From Chiloscyllium plagiosum (taxonomy: Eukaryota), in contig NC_057720.1 in assembly GCF_004010195.1 (NCBI RefSeq), forward strand, positions 35,468,028 to 35,512,254: 44,227 nucleotides of DNA. Direction: 5' to 3'. Position numbers and translations under genes: made by a program. Each line of letters opens with the position of its first letter. Position 1 is the first letter of the stretch. The notes under the pieces were generated by a model, which did no database searches, was not told where the DNA came from, and worked only from the letters and a program-made list of their open reading frames with translations. Positions 1 through 12,719 of the stretch are shown here, piece after piece.

Positions 1-493
1 AGGATTGGACACTCTGGCAGCAGGAAACATGTTTCCGCTGATGGGTGAGTGCTGAACCAGAGGACACAGCTTAAAAATACGGGGTAGACCATTTAGGACA
101 GAGATGATGAGAAACTTCTTCACTATAAGATTATTAAAGGATTGGACACTCTGGAGGCAGGAAACATGTTTCCGCTGATGGGTGAGTGCTGAACCAGAGG
201 ACACAGCTTAAAAATACGGGGTAGACCATTTAGGACAGAGATGATGAGAAACTTCTTCACCCAGAGAGTGGTGGCTGTGTGGAATGCTCTGCCCCAGAGG
301 GCAGTGGAGGCCCAGTCTCTGGATTCATTTAAGAAAGAGTTGGATAGACGTCTCAAAGATAGTGGAATCAAGGGTTATGGAGATAAGGCAGGAAGAGGAT
401 ACTGATTAAGGATGATCAGCCATGATCATATTGAATGGCGGTGCAGGCTCGAAGGGCTGAATGGCCTACTCCTGCACCTATTGTCTATTGTCT
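1..493 (+). mobile_element. CR1-type LINE 3' end with an internal 137-bp tandem duplication
   Basis: ORF2 C-terminal motif (gagaaacttcttcacccagagagtggtg...tggaatgctctgccc, i.e. NFFTQRVV..WNALP) and a CR1 3' UTR ending in the repeat tattgtctattgtcta. Confidence 0.85.
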
Positions 494-494
494 A

Positions 495-1890
495 AAACTT
501 CCTAGATTCTGTTATGTTTCCAACAAATTAGAAGTTGGCAAACATAACACCTCTATTAAAGAAAAGAAGGAAAGAAACAATGAAATTCAGGCCAGTCAGC
601 CTGACATTAGTCAATGGGAAAGTGCTGGAATCAACTAAAGTCAAAGTCTGACAATGCATTTGGAAAACACTGATATAATCAGACAATCAACATGATTTTA
701 AGAGAAAATTGTGTCTGACAAATTTATTCAACCTTCTGAGGATGTAAACAGTGTAGAGGAGAACCAGGAGAAATGTAAAGACTAGATTACCAAAAGGTAT
801 TTCAATATGGTATCACACCATAATTCAATAAGGTGACATGATCCAAGTCAAAGCAGTCTGCTTGATTGGCACCACATCTGCAAGCATCCATTCCACCCAT
901 CACCACAGTAGCAGCAATGTGTGACATTTGCAAGACACATTGCAGAAATTCACCAAAGATCCTTAGACAGCACCTTCTAAACCCATGACGACTTCCATCG
1001 AGAAGGTCAAGGACAGCAGATTCCCCTCCAAGCCACTCACCAACCTGAATGGGAAATATATTACTGTACTTAGTGTTGCTGCGGCAAAAACCCAGAATTC
1101 CCTCCCTTACAGCATTGTGGGTCTACCTACAGTACATGGACTGCAGAGGCTCAAGAAGATAGCTTACCACTATCTTCTCAAGTTTAGCTAGGGATGTGCA
1201 ATAAATGAAGGCCCAATCTGCGATACCTACGCCCCACAAGTGAATAAAGAAAATGCAAAAGGCAAGACAAGGTTCATCAAATTGGGAATAGCATGAATAG
1301 AGGAATAGTTAATGGAGAGGAAGAAAAGACTCAGTAAATTTGGAGCATTTTCAAGTAGACAGACTTTGACTAGGGAGATGCCACAAGAATTAGTGCAGAG
1401 GCCTTAACTATAATCTATGTTAGTGACTCCGATGAAGTGATGAAGAATAATGTAGCTATGTTTGCTGATGACACAGCTAGGTGGAAAGGCAAAGCTGTGA
1501 GAAGGGACCAAGAAAGGTTGCAAAAAGATATAAAGTGAATGCTCATCAAAGAATAATGGAGTATAATACCAGCAACTGATCACTTTGATCAGAAGAAACT
1601 AAAGTTTTTCATTTTAAAGGTATGAAACTTGGGAGTCTTGCTCTAAATTTCAACAGTGCTTTGATGAAACCACACCTGGAATACTGCATGTAATGCTGGT
1701 CTCCAATATCTCCATAATGGAGGACATACTTCCACCAGAGAAAATACAGCTGAACTTTCCAAATGTGATTGCTGGGTTGATAGTGTAACCCTTTGATGAG
1801 AAATTGGTTAAATTAAGCCAATATGACAATGTTAGGAGGCAAAATAAGTCTTCACAAATGAAAGCTAGAAAGAACCACAGGCAGATTAAT
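495..1890 (+). mobile_element. Old degraded CR1 ORF2 fragment, interrupted at about 835-1252 by another LINE
   Basis: Decayed RT-region motifs: tgtctgacaaatttatt (CLTNL), atgtttgctgatgacac (FADDT), ccacacctggaatactgc (PHLEYC). Confidence 0.6.
835..1252 (+). mobile_element. 3' end of a non-LTR retrotransposon, probably RTE-X/L4-like
   Basis: Shares the cagcaccttc.aaaccca and agggatg.gcaataaatg...gaataaa 3' end with copies at 10893-11277, 27465-29920 and 30005-30150. Clade assignment is from memory. Confidence 0.6.
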
Positions 1891-1899
1891 TGAATGGAC

Positions 1900-2615
1900 A
1901 ACAGCAGGTGGAATCTCATGTGGAGAAGTGTGAGGTTGTTCACTTTGGATGTAAGACAGACAACATGAAATATCATCTTACTAATGAGTCATAGTGGTGC
2001 AAATGCCTTTAAATATAAATGCATAACCTAAAAGGCTGATGGGATGTGGTTGCTTTTTCATGGAACTGGAACACTGAAGTGAGGAAGTGATAATGCAATC
2101 GTACTCTCAAGAAGGACCATATTCAATTTTGGGCACTAAATATCAGAAACAACTTTATGGCCTTGGAGGAATATATAATTTAGATTCACCACAACTAAAT
2201 CAGGGGTTAAAGGTTTAAAATAAAAGGAATGGTCACACAAACTTGTCTGTGTTCCCTTGAGTTTAGAAGGATTTAATCAAAGTTTTTAAAATGACAAAAT
2301 AATTTGATGGGTAGGTACAGAAAAAATACATTGCCTGGTCAGGAAATCTTGAAAGTAAGTATAACTTCATTTAAGAATGCTATTGGGAAGGTCTTTTGCA
2401 AACAATGTGTTTTGGAAGTCTAGAACACTTCCTTCCAAAAGGTGAGAATGTAAGGCTAATTGAAATTTTCAAGACTCAGATCATTAGTTTTTTCTAAGCT
2501 TTAAAGCATCTAGATTAAAGCATCTAGATTGCAAATGAAATTCAGGAACAGATGAGACAAGGCCTAATGGAGTGGCAAAACAGGCTTGAGGGCATGAATG
2601 GTTTTCTATTGCTCC
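1900..2615 (+). mobile_element. Old degraded CR1 3' portion
   Basis: Contains gagaagtgtgaggttgttcactttgg (KCEVVHFG), ttcccttgagtttagaagg and a CR1-like 3' UTR caggcttgagggcatgaatgg. Confidence 0.6.
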
Positions 2616-3305
2616 TATAAAGGAAAATGCCAGCTCAACATTGCCATTGATCTCTGAGACACGAGAACAAAGAAGACTATACCCAAGACAGAGGATACCA
2701 TGAATGAGTTGAATTGAATAGTATTAAGGAAATAAAATGTTATATATAAAAAAAATTGATAATAACAATCCTCATTGGCTTTAGTAGCACACAAAAATTG
2801 TTCCACCTGACTGAAATGAAAACAAAGTGCTGGAAATACTCAGCACATCTGGCTGCCTTTGTGGAGAGAGAAACATTGTTGATATCTTCTATCAAATATT
2901 GAAATAGTTTTGCATACCCAATTTTATTAACATATACATTGTATTCTGGCAGATATAATTTGTTCCGAAGAAACAATATGCACAGTGTAACTGATTTAAA
3001 TTCTGCTGGAGAGATGCTAGGCAGTGAAGCCTTTGGCAGCCATTGGCTGGAGCTGGTCATTTTTTGATTTACTCCAACGAGGAAATTGTGTCAAAACATT
3101 AGTACTTCTGATACAAATCATGTCAGAAATCAGTCCCTGCCTTTTAGAATGGGTCTCAAATCGATTAAAATCCCCCAAAACATATGGGCATTCATGACTT
3201 CAACCTAACAAAAAGTATGATAATGCTATACTAACTACATTTTGAAAGATAACTTGGTGGGAATGAAAAAGGTGAAATCTTGACATGTATTGTTGCATTC
3301 CCTGT

Positions 3306-3509
3306 AGAGTCGATAAAATGTGAAGCTGGAAAAAGCACAGCAAATCAAGTAGGATCAGAAGAGCAGGACAGTAAACATTTTGGGTAGGACCCTTCAACAT
3401 TCATCAACTCTCCTGCTCTTCTGATGTTGCTTGATCTACTGTGATTTTTTCCAGCACCACATTTTATCAACTCTGACTTTCCAACATCTGCAGTCCTCAC
3501 TATCTCCAA
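3306..3509 (+). mobile_element. Penelope-like element terminal derivative: inverted repeat plus 35-nt tail, 11-bp TSD
   Basis: Arms agagtcgataaaatgtg... and ...cacattttatcaactct, tail at 3475-3509. Flanks gcattccctgt (3295-3305) and gcactccctgt (3510-3520). Similar to the PLE terminus at 44033-44122. Confidence 0.75.
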
Positions 3510-6500
3510 GCACTCCCTGTGGACCATAGAAAGAGAGAACTGCACCAAGAGATGGTGTTTTCTTCCCAACTTCTAACTTCAGAATGATGGAAATCATAAA
3601 ATTGTATCATCTGAGGGGTAAAGGGAAAAGCAAAAAGGAAGAATTTAATCTTATGGATTAAATAGACAGCTTTTCAGCAACTAGCAGCAGTGTATGACAT
3701 AAACCTTCTTATAGTGCACTTACTAATTCATTGATCTAAAACAAGTGAACAATACTTCAGATTTGATAAACATCCTCAAATCACAGCAGGAACCTTGAAA
3801 AGACCAAAACGATCACTTTATGCAACAGTGCAACCAGCAACCATTTATCATTGCACAAGGGCCCTATAAACTACATCTACTGTGCAAGTAAGCAAGCCTT
3901 AGTGTCAAGCATTGAAAAGGAATTTGTTTCCTGACAATTTAGTGCTGCTCAAATTAGCCTGGGTACATTTATTCACTGCACTCGGGAGGTCTGGGCAAAT
4001 TTCACACGTTGGCAGTCACACATTGATTTTGCAATTTAAGAAGTTTGCAACAGCAACTCTACAAATCTTTGAAAGACAGCTGTGCATTTCTCTGCCAAAA
4101 CATAGACCACATTGCAAATAAATTTAACAAATTTATATGGCAAAGGATGAATGGGGAAGATGCTCAAAAAAATCTACACAACTATTCAAAAATCATGAAA
4201 AAAAAACACTTTTTTTGTGAAAGTTAGCTCTGGCGGTGAATATATTATAAAACTGCTGCAAAATACAGTGATATTGCAGATGGCACTTGTTAATTACTCA
4301 TTAGAGAGAAATTTATTGATTTCAGTCAATGCAATAAAAAAAATTTAAATGCATTCTTTTTCAACATCTACAATTTTGTTACTCAGAGCATACACAAATA
4401 CCTACATTTGTCAAATACTGATTTTGTTTGGAAGTTGGAAAGCAATATGCCCAACATACTGAGCATTTGCACCTCCTAAGTAGTTAGTTGTACAGAAGTA
4501 ATGTCACAGAGTTAAAGGCAAACTCACCACACTACTGTACCTTCATACAGAGAATACATCTAGGTAACAAATGGGCAGACAAAATAATATTTGAAATGAG
4601 TCCAGTAGAAGCCAAGTAGCAGGTGTGATGCTGCCTGTAATCAATGAGTAGGCTACATCAAGTCATCATTTAACTGTAAAAAATTGCTGTGTTACCTAAA
4701 GACCAGTGCAATATGTGAATACTGCACAATCAATAGAGAAAATATTGATTTAGTTATTGTAGGTTCATATGCTCCAGACCTTGTTAAAATCACATTTATT
4801 AAGTGGGTTGTACTCATTAACCATTTAATTTTGGTGTATTTCACCTAATTTTACAGGAATCCGTTGCTTTGAATATACAAGTTGCCTTCCATTTTCATTG
4901 AAGTAATACGAGTTAATTTATGGAATCACACAAAAGCTTGTTTAAATTAACTCTGGTAGAATTGTGATGAGCTAAGACTACACTCCATGTACTTGCGCTA
5001 AACCCGTTTTCAAATACCTCTTAAATGTTAGTTTTAAAGTTATACTCATTTTTGCATAGGGTGAATGAGAAAAGAAAAAAGTCAAGGGTCTTGTTTGTGG
5101 ACAATGACTCCTGATCAAAGTTGCTTATGCCTGGCATTTAAGTAAGTGCAGTTTCAGACCTGGCAGTAATCTCAAAGCATGTGATAACCAGCCAAGATGT
5201 TCAGACAAGGAATAACTAGTAAGTCAAGGTGCCAATTGAACAGCAATGTTTGCATGATAATATCCCACTCGAGTTACCACTTTCAGGTGAGAATGAGGGA
5301 AAAAAGGAAGAAACTTTGTTATTTTGAACATGAGTATACCAAATGGCAGAAGGCACCATTTATAGATTACATATATTGTAACAGGTCCTTGCTAGAAGTT
5401 GCTTTAGTATTCATACATGATGCAATATTTAATTTCTAACTTTTAAAGCTAATCTATGAAATGGCTGTTGTTTTTAAAGGCTGCAGAGCAAACTTTTTTG
5501 TGCAAACTGATGTTGCAGACTACATGGAATTCTTGAAACAGCTTCTAAAATAATTAAAGTCAGAAAGTTTACATAAAAAAATTTTGGTTGTTGCGATGAC
5601 TCTTCAGAAATCTGAATTTAACATACTCAATGGCATATTCTCCCACTAGTCCCAGTACCTCACATGCTGAATTAATTATCTTATATCATGTCTCTGCCTG
5701 GGCAACAATGCAGCCTCTAACGGAATCCATTAACTTCATTAGCAAATAATGATCACGGTGGAGAGTCTCAATGGACCCAGCTAGGTCTATCAGATAGAAC
5801 AGGTCATTTGTCAAACATTAGTGCACACGTGTGCTCTTTGCTCCTCAAATTAAACAGTGGAATTCCCAAATTAACATCTCAGATGGTTTCACAATGCAAT
5901 CCATTAATTAAATCATATTAGTTTACACACACTCAGAAAACGGAAATACTTGAATGGCTGCTTCTATTGTGTTAAAACTCAAAAGAGCAATGCTTTACAA
6001 CAGACTTTAATCAAAGAAAAAAAATGTGCACTGGTCAGGCATCAAAACTATTTTACCATTTAAACATGCTTCTTGTTAAAAGTGGCATAGCAGGGGCAGA
6101 GGGTGTTTGAGGAAACACTTTTGCATAATGGATCAATAAAATTCCATTTCATCCTTGGAGACATTTGATTTTGGATCAGACAGATGCACTGAAGAATCTT
6201 TAAAACTCTGAAGAGTCCTGATGAAATGTTACAGGACAGGTTTCTATCTAATTCTAATCAAATATTAAATCATACATAGACCAACACAACAAGGACGCAT
6301 AAAACAGAAATAGCATGTTAGTGCAGCACAGCTAAAAGTTTTGAGGATGAAACTCAGGTATATTTTTGGAGAAAGGCAGCATTCTTAACCTGTATGTTTA
6401 AAAGGTTGATCTAGATTATTTTGATCAGCTGGTCTGGCAGCTCATGCTGGAATATCGTTCCACTGGCAAGTGCAACCTCACCCGTGAACTCAATCTTCTC

Positions 6501-8102
6501 GTCTGACCTTAAAAAATTATATACTATTTGGCTATAGGAAGGGTCAGGAATAGCTAAGCCTCTGCACACAAATACTTCCAACAGTATTCATTGGTTAGCA
6601 ATGTAAGATAAGAGACTCCAACTAATGTTTTGTTTCTGTCATTCAAATCTATGATTGGGCAGTACCAATAAAGTGCTGAGTTCTATGTTAACTAAGAAAG
6701 ATTTTTAAGAAATTAACTGAAATAATACTATATTCCACACAGGTGAATATATTAATTAGTGATTAACTAATTTTCTTTAACAAGAATTTACTTAATAAGT
6801 TGAATCAAACATCAAAGTATTCATTTATCATGAGCTGCCATTGTAATTTCTTTCTCCTTCCTCAATTTAATCCTTGCCATAGGTTTAGGTTTAAGTAATG
6901 CACCTATACCAGAGGCCAAATCATCCAGAGCAAAGAAGAAAATTAGAAAAGCTTTTCTATCGGAATTGAAATTCCCCAATCCTGGTAAGAATAAATGTAA
7001 ATTAACATTCTGCAAATATGCCACTGCTCAGATCATGTCAAATCAGATTATATTTACTCATTTTAAATTAAGTTGCAGATATATTTTATTTTGGAAAACA
7101 TTCATCAATTACAAGTTTTAAATGCTGATAACTATTATCTTCAGATTCTACAGTAATCTGGCATTTTATCATCATCATTTCATGATTCACTGCATACAAA
7201 ATGCAGCTTTATGAAAATATAAAGAAGGGATATTAAAAAAATCTTGTTGGAACAAAAAACAGTCAGAGACTTTATGTCTGCCTTCAGAAAGGCAAAAAAA
7301 CTTGTATTTATATTTCTCATTCACACTCTGAGGACATCTAGAAAACTTCACAGCTGATAAGTGTCTCTAAAAGTTTAGTCACTGTTATTATGTACACAAG
7401 CATGGCATGCTTAGAAAAGTATGAATTAACTACAGCCCACAGAGCCCTTAAAAAAAAAGGTACAGGATACTTCAGGTAAATTGTAGCAGCTTCAAGTGAA
7501 ATACAAAATCTCTTCAATAAAACTTTCCTCCAATTCAATGGGTTTTTAAAAAATTTCATATTTATGGTCATAGAAATAATGAGAAACAACTGATCACTCA
7601 CAAGCGTAAACCGTCAGATCGAGCATGCAATAATACTATCCAAAGAAGTGACTTTGGTTGCAAGTGATATAAAATGCTCAAATTCCCTGTACAGGGCAAG
7701 AAATCACAGGCTCCGGTCCTGCTTCTAATTTACAGACAGCTCGTTGTCCAGATCCAGAGAATCTAACTACAGGTTAGAACCAGCCAAAATTTAGGAAGCA
7801 AAGGTGTAAGATTATTGTTGGGTTTTAACTGATTAAAATTACAATCCTCACAATCAGCGAACATTGGTTCATATTGGTTTGGGCAATAAAAGGCACCATT
7901 TAGGGCAGTACATTTAGAAAAGCAGTCTAACTGGAGAAATTTCTAGCCAAAAATGACATGTCTGCTTCCCCACCGTCCATTAGTGAGCTGAGATTTCTGG
8001 TCAAGTGGTGTCAAACAAACTATTACAGATCATCAGATTATTGAGTCTATCAATTACTGTAAATTACTCTCAATCATTGATAAAGTCATAGAAGTCACAA
8101 AC

Positions 8103-8210
8103 AGGGCTCTTCTGGCACAACGCTGCCTGTGGACAAGAAGACCTGGATTCAAGTCCCATTTGTTCAGATGTGTGAAATAACATCTCTGAACAGGTTGGTT
8201 TAGAAAATAT
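8103..8210 (+). mobile_element. Short tRNA-derived SINE-like element (about 110 bp)
   Basis: B-box-like cctggattcaagtccc and end gaacaggttggtttagaaaatat. Homologous to 22810-22930. Confidence 0.55.
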
Positions 8211-8361
8211 CTAGAAGGCACCAACCATGCAATTAGCAATTCCAAGTCAGGAATGACCCACAGGCTAATCATCAGTTGGAGTCTGCCAAGATAATTTGAC
8301 TCCAGACCTTATTACAGCCTAGTCTTAGCTTGGACAAAATAAACAAATCCGATGATTTTTT

Positions 8362-9450
8362 AAAAAATCATATCATGGTGTGTGAGCATCACTAACAAAG
8401 CCAGCATTTGTTGTCCATGTCCATATTCAAGAAGCTGGTGGTGAGCATCAAGTCTTCACTATTATCATCAGGATGGTTTCAAGACTCATAACTTTGCATG
8501 CCTTCAACTATTTTTTGGTATTGCATCTCTGACATAGAGTGAACTGAATTGTTGAAATCTAACACCTGTGATGTTGGGAACCACAAGAGAAGATTAAAAT
8601 GAGTCATCCACACAGCACTTCTGGTTGAGGATGGTTGTAAATGCTTCAGCTTTGTCTTTTGCAATGATATGCTTTTCTTCTCCATCATTAAGGATGGGAA
8701 TGTTTGTAGCCTCTTCCACTTCAGTTGGTTAATTGTTCACCATTATTCATGACTAGATGTGGCAGGCATTGATCTGATCCACTGTTAATGAGATTACTGT
8801 GATCTGTCTATTGCATGCTACTTCTGTTGTTGAGCATGTATGTGGAAGTAGCATACTGTTGGAGCCTCATTATTAGGTACACTTCCTGCTGTGATCTCCT
8901 GCATACCTCATCGAGCCAGGAATAAATCCTGGTTCAGTGGTAACTGCAGAACAAAGCATGTGCCAAGCATGAGGTTGGAGCCTATGGCTGAGTACAATTC
9001 TGTTGCTGAAGGCCCAAGTGCCTCATGATGGTCAGTTCAGAGCTGCTGGGATGTTTTGAATCTAGTTCATTCAACACAGGTGGTAGTGCCATACAACACA
9101 ATAGAAAGTTCTGGTGTAGTGATATCAATCTATAACTTTAACTAATGTTCCCTCTTCACCTCTACTGCCTGAAATTTTCAACATTATTGTAAACTTCCAG
9201 CATCTGCAATATTTTGTTCCTACATGAAATAAAGTTCTCAATGTGAAGATAGGACTTTGGCTCCATGAAAACTGTGCGGTTGTCACTCTTGCCAATGCTA
9301 TCATGCAGAGATGCATTTACAACGTGCAGAGCGATAAGGGTGAGGTCAAGTAGATTTTGCCTCATGTTGGTTCTCTCACCAACATACCTAATCTGGCAGC
9401 TGGTTCAGGATTCCATCAAGTAAATCAGTCGCACTGTTGCTGAGCCACAC
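8362..9450 (-). mobile_element. RTE-X/L4-like LINE fragments: 3' tail plus internal ORF2 piece
   Basis: The reverse complement of 8362-8447 matches the family 3' tail. gcttcagctttgtcttttgca encodes AKDKAEA on the minus strand. Confidence 0.55.
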
Positions 9451-9469
9451 TGGATAAGCAGCATCCCCA

Positions 9470-11277
9470 TGTGTGGACTCAAGACATTGCAGCAAAATTA
9501 AAGTCAATGGAATCAGGGGAAAACCCTACATTGTGCTAGGCATAACTGCAATCAAAGACCAAAGGCAGACAGTTGTGATAGTTGAAGGCTTTGTTTTGCT
9601 ACTTCAATAATATTCTTCCTTCCAACACAAGGTCAGAAGTGGGGATGTTGATATGATTTCATAGCATTCAGTACCATTGACAGCTCGTCAGATACTGAAG
9701 CAGTTTTTGTTCACAGGGAGCAAGATTTTGGCAGCATTCAGACTTGGACAGATAAGAGACAAGTAGCACGCACACCACTCGAATACCAGGCAATGACAAA
9801 CTCTTAACAAGAGAGAACTGAACCATCTCTCATTGATGCTCCACAGCAGTGTCATCACTGAATCCCCCAGCACCAACATTGAGGTTAGCAATGATCAATA
9901 ACTTAACTGGACCAGCCAAGGGGGGGGTCTTCTCCTGGTCATCTTCTGACTTCCACAAGCCCGGTCATCATCTGCAAAGTAAAACACCAGGAGTGTGGTG
10001 GAATATTCTTCCTTAGTTTGGATGAGTGTAATTCAAGAAGCTCGACACCATCTAGGACAAAGTAATCCATTTTATCACTACCTCATTTCTATTTCATTTC
10101 TTTTTCCATAGATGCCAGCGGAACAGGTAGGCTGAGCCCAGGGCTCGTCCGCAAACTTTGGATTTCTTTCTCTTCTTTTCCTTCTTTATTCCCTGATTCT
10201 TTTTCTTTTCTTTTTCATTTCTTTCTTCCTTTTCTTTTGGGTCTGGAAAGTGTCAGGTCAGGGATGAGGCCCCTGGCGGTGGCAGCATCAATAGTTTGAG
10301 CCAAGTGTGTCTCCACTCTAGCCAGGGTCTTCTGGCAAGCAAGGAGCAGATCCTAAGCTGATGTCCCGGCCTGAACTAGCAGGCTAAGCAAAGGTTCCAG
10401 GTCTGCGGCTGGGCCCAAGTGCCCGAAGGAGAGGTGGCAGTCTCGGCACATCAAGGTGATTGCCTGGTATGGTGGTCTATTTCTGGCATGGCAGTCTTGT
10501 TCTAATGTGGAAGTCTCTTCCCCGTTTGAAGGTTTTCTTCATCTTCAGCTTCCAGGGGTTCCAAAGAGCTGTCAGGTGGTTTTGTCCCAACGTGGAAATC
10601 TTAGTTTGGCATAGAATCTCCTTCAGCAGAGGCTTCTGGCCCAGTATTCCAGCGGCCAGGCTTGGTGCTCCCGTCCAAGCTGCATCTTCAGGGTATTCAA
10701 TCGTTCCTTAATCAGCTTTCTCTGAGTCCAGGAGCCATTAATTGAACTGTGATGAGCTTTGTCTTAATTTTACTTTTTATTATTATGTATGACTTCTGTC
10801 ATTAATATAGGTGCTGTGGTGGGGCAACTTACAGAACTTTTCACTGTATTTTTCATGTAAAAGTATATGTGACTATAAATTTCTATTCGATTCTCATCCA
10901 CCACAAACATTTATTCCCTCCTACAGATTGACAGTGGTAGCAGTGTGTAACTTCTCCAAAATGCATTACAACAACTTAGGAAGGTTTCTTCAGTAGTACA
11001 TTCCAAACCCATGGTGACTACCAGCTGGAAGAGCAAGTGCAGCATCTGAAAGATCCCCTTCAAGAGACAGAACATCCTAACTTGGAACTACAATGTCACT
11101 CTTTTTCTGTTGCTGGCCCAAAATCCTGAAATTCCCTTAATAATGACTACCTACACCACAGAGACTGCAGCAATTCAGAAGGCAGGTCATCACCACCTTC
11201 TTCAGGGCAATTAGGGATGGGCAATCAATACTGGCTTTGTTATTGGCACTTACATCCCATTAATGCATATTTTAAAA
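9470..11277 (+). mobile_element. RTE-X/L4-like LINE 3' half, split by an insertion at about 10087-10892
   Basis: RT C-terminal motifs (gtggtggaatattctt, aagaagctcgacaccatc, i.e. KKLDTI). The sequence resumes at 10893 and ends gggcaattagggatgggcaatcaatactggc...catcccat. Confidence 0.65.
10087..10892 (+). mobile_element. Unclassified non-autonomous retroelement with a Rex1/Babar-like 3' tail
   Basis: Interrupts a LINE. It has a pyrimidine-rich 5' part, a GC-rich body and a 3' end cttttcactgtatt...atgtgactataaa resembling the Rex1 tail at 20262-20310 (reverse strand). Possible TSD ctcat. Confidence 0.5.
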
Positions 11278-11857
11278 AAGAACTATTGTGCGTTGGGGGT
11301 GAGAACAGAAAGAACACATTTAATAATGTTTGAAATTGGACATCATTTAAATTTTAAATAGAATGAAATAGAATCATTGTGACAGCCATTTCAATCTTCA
11401 ATGGTTATCTTGTATTGGTTGCCTACTTTCTAAACTTTAAAATTAGTTTTGAAAATATCATTAAAGTATGGTAAGTAACAGATCATTCTATGAAACAATT
11501 TGCTGGTTAAATCACAGTAATTATGCTTAATATGCCATTGTAAATTTTCATATTTGCCTGAAGGCAGAAATGCCATCTCATTTTAGTATTTGAAATATAT
11601 TATTTTAATTATAAATCACAACATTTCATTTATTGACAGTGGCTGAGGCTAAAAGATGTCATCTACCTGCCTCTTAGACAATGTTCCAGGAAAGCCTGAA
11701 AACATGAAAGGGAGGGGAGGGAGAGACTTGAAAGATGACATAGAACACAATGATACTCCAGAAGAGATAAGAGTTAGACAAGATGCATACTGGATGTGAA
11801 ATGCAGAGTATAGAAATACTGCATATAGAAATAAATATATATATAAATGGAATATAG

Positions 11858-11995
11858 AGTCATAGAAATTTACAGCACAAAAAAAATACCCTTTGGCCCA
11901 TCACACCCATGCTTAAATATTCAATTCTCATTTTCCGGCACTTGGCCGATAACATTACACACCTTAGCATCGCAAGTACACATCTAAATCCTTAA
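11858..11995 (-). mobile_element. CR1-type 3' UTR fragment
   Basis: gagtcatagaaatttacagcaca...ccctttggcccatc is the reverse complement of a CR1-like tail (gggcc.aaggg...tgctgta...tctatgactc). Confidence 0.5.
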
Positions 11996-12719
11996 TTATC
12001 AGTGCTGGGAGTTCAGGAACCCTAAATATCTACACTTTTGACAATTTGTTTTGGGTGGGATAACAGAATGGAGTCCTTTAAAAGGTATTACAAAAAAAGT
12101 GATATTAAATAAAATATAAAATCGACAGGACATACAATAAAATGGAATGCCAACTGATGAATATCGCATTTCAATCTCAAATGAAACAAATCCACTCTAA
12201 ATTCTGAATAAAACTGAAACACAAATTTCGAATCACGACTTACAATTGTTGATCAATAAATAAACTTTCGAGACTTAAAATTTACTAAAGAAATCTACTA
12301 CGCAGCTCCAATTTCTTCAAATGTGAGCTCAGTAACCAAGGCTTGCTTTCTCTTCCATCTTGCAAAAAATTTATACTCTTTGTATGTTGAATAAAAAAAG
12401 CAATGAAAAATCTTACAAATAATATAAAAAGACATGATATATAAACACTTCCACTGGAAAGCAATAGTAATTTGCTGCTTCAAAATTTATGCCATTTATA
12501 AGTTACAATTAACGGAAGGAATTGGAAGCAAAAGAATAGATATCGAATGTTCCTTCCCTACATTTAGTAACAGCAGCAAATCATAAAAGGTGTTTTTGGC
12601 ACTCAACTGTCTCAGAGCCCATGTCAGTGTGTATGAATTGGAAGATAGTTTCAATTATCACAACTATGCGGAACTGTCTTCTTTTGTTTCAAAGAAGCTT
12701 GAAATTTGGCAACAGGCAG

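Noticed and set aside
2501..2530. 14-bp tandem repeat ttaaagcatctaga x2
   Set aside because: A trivial slippage duplication inside an old CR1.
6411..6507. Phase-compatible open segment (K)SDEKIEFTGEVALASGTIFQHELPDQLIKII* as an alternative terminal RNF220 exon
   Set aside because: Weak AAG acceptor, no recognisable homology, and 31 open codons arise by chance. It needs RNA-seq evidence.
7600..7687. Possible cassette exon ending in a GTGAGT donor
   Set aside because: Weak acceptor, stop in the compatible frame and no supporting homology.
12298..12358. Possible terminal exon WKRKQALVTELTFEEIGAA*
   Set aside because: AAG acceptor, short and no homology.
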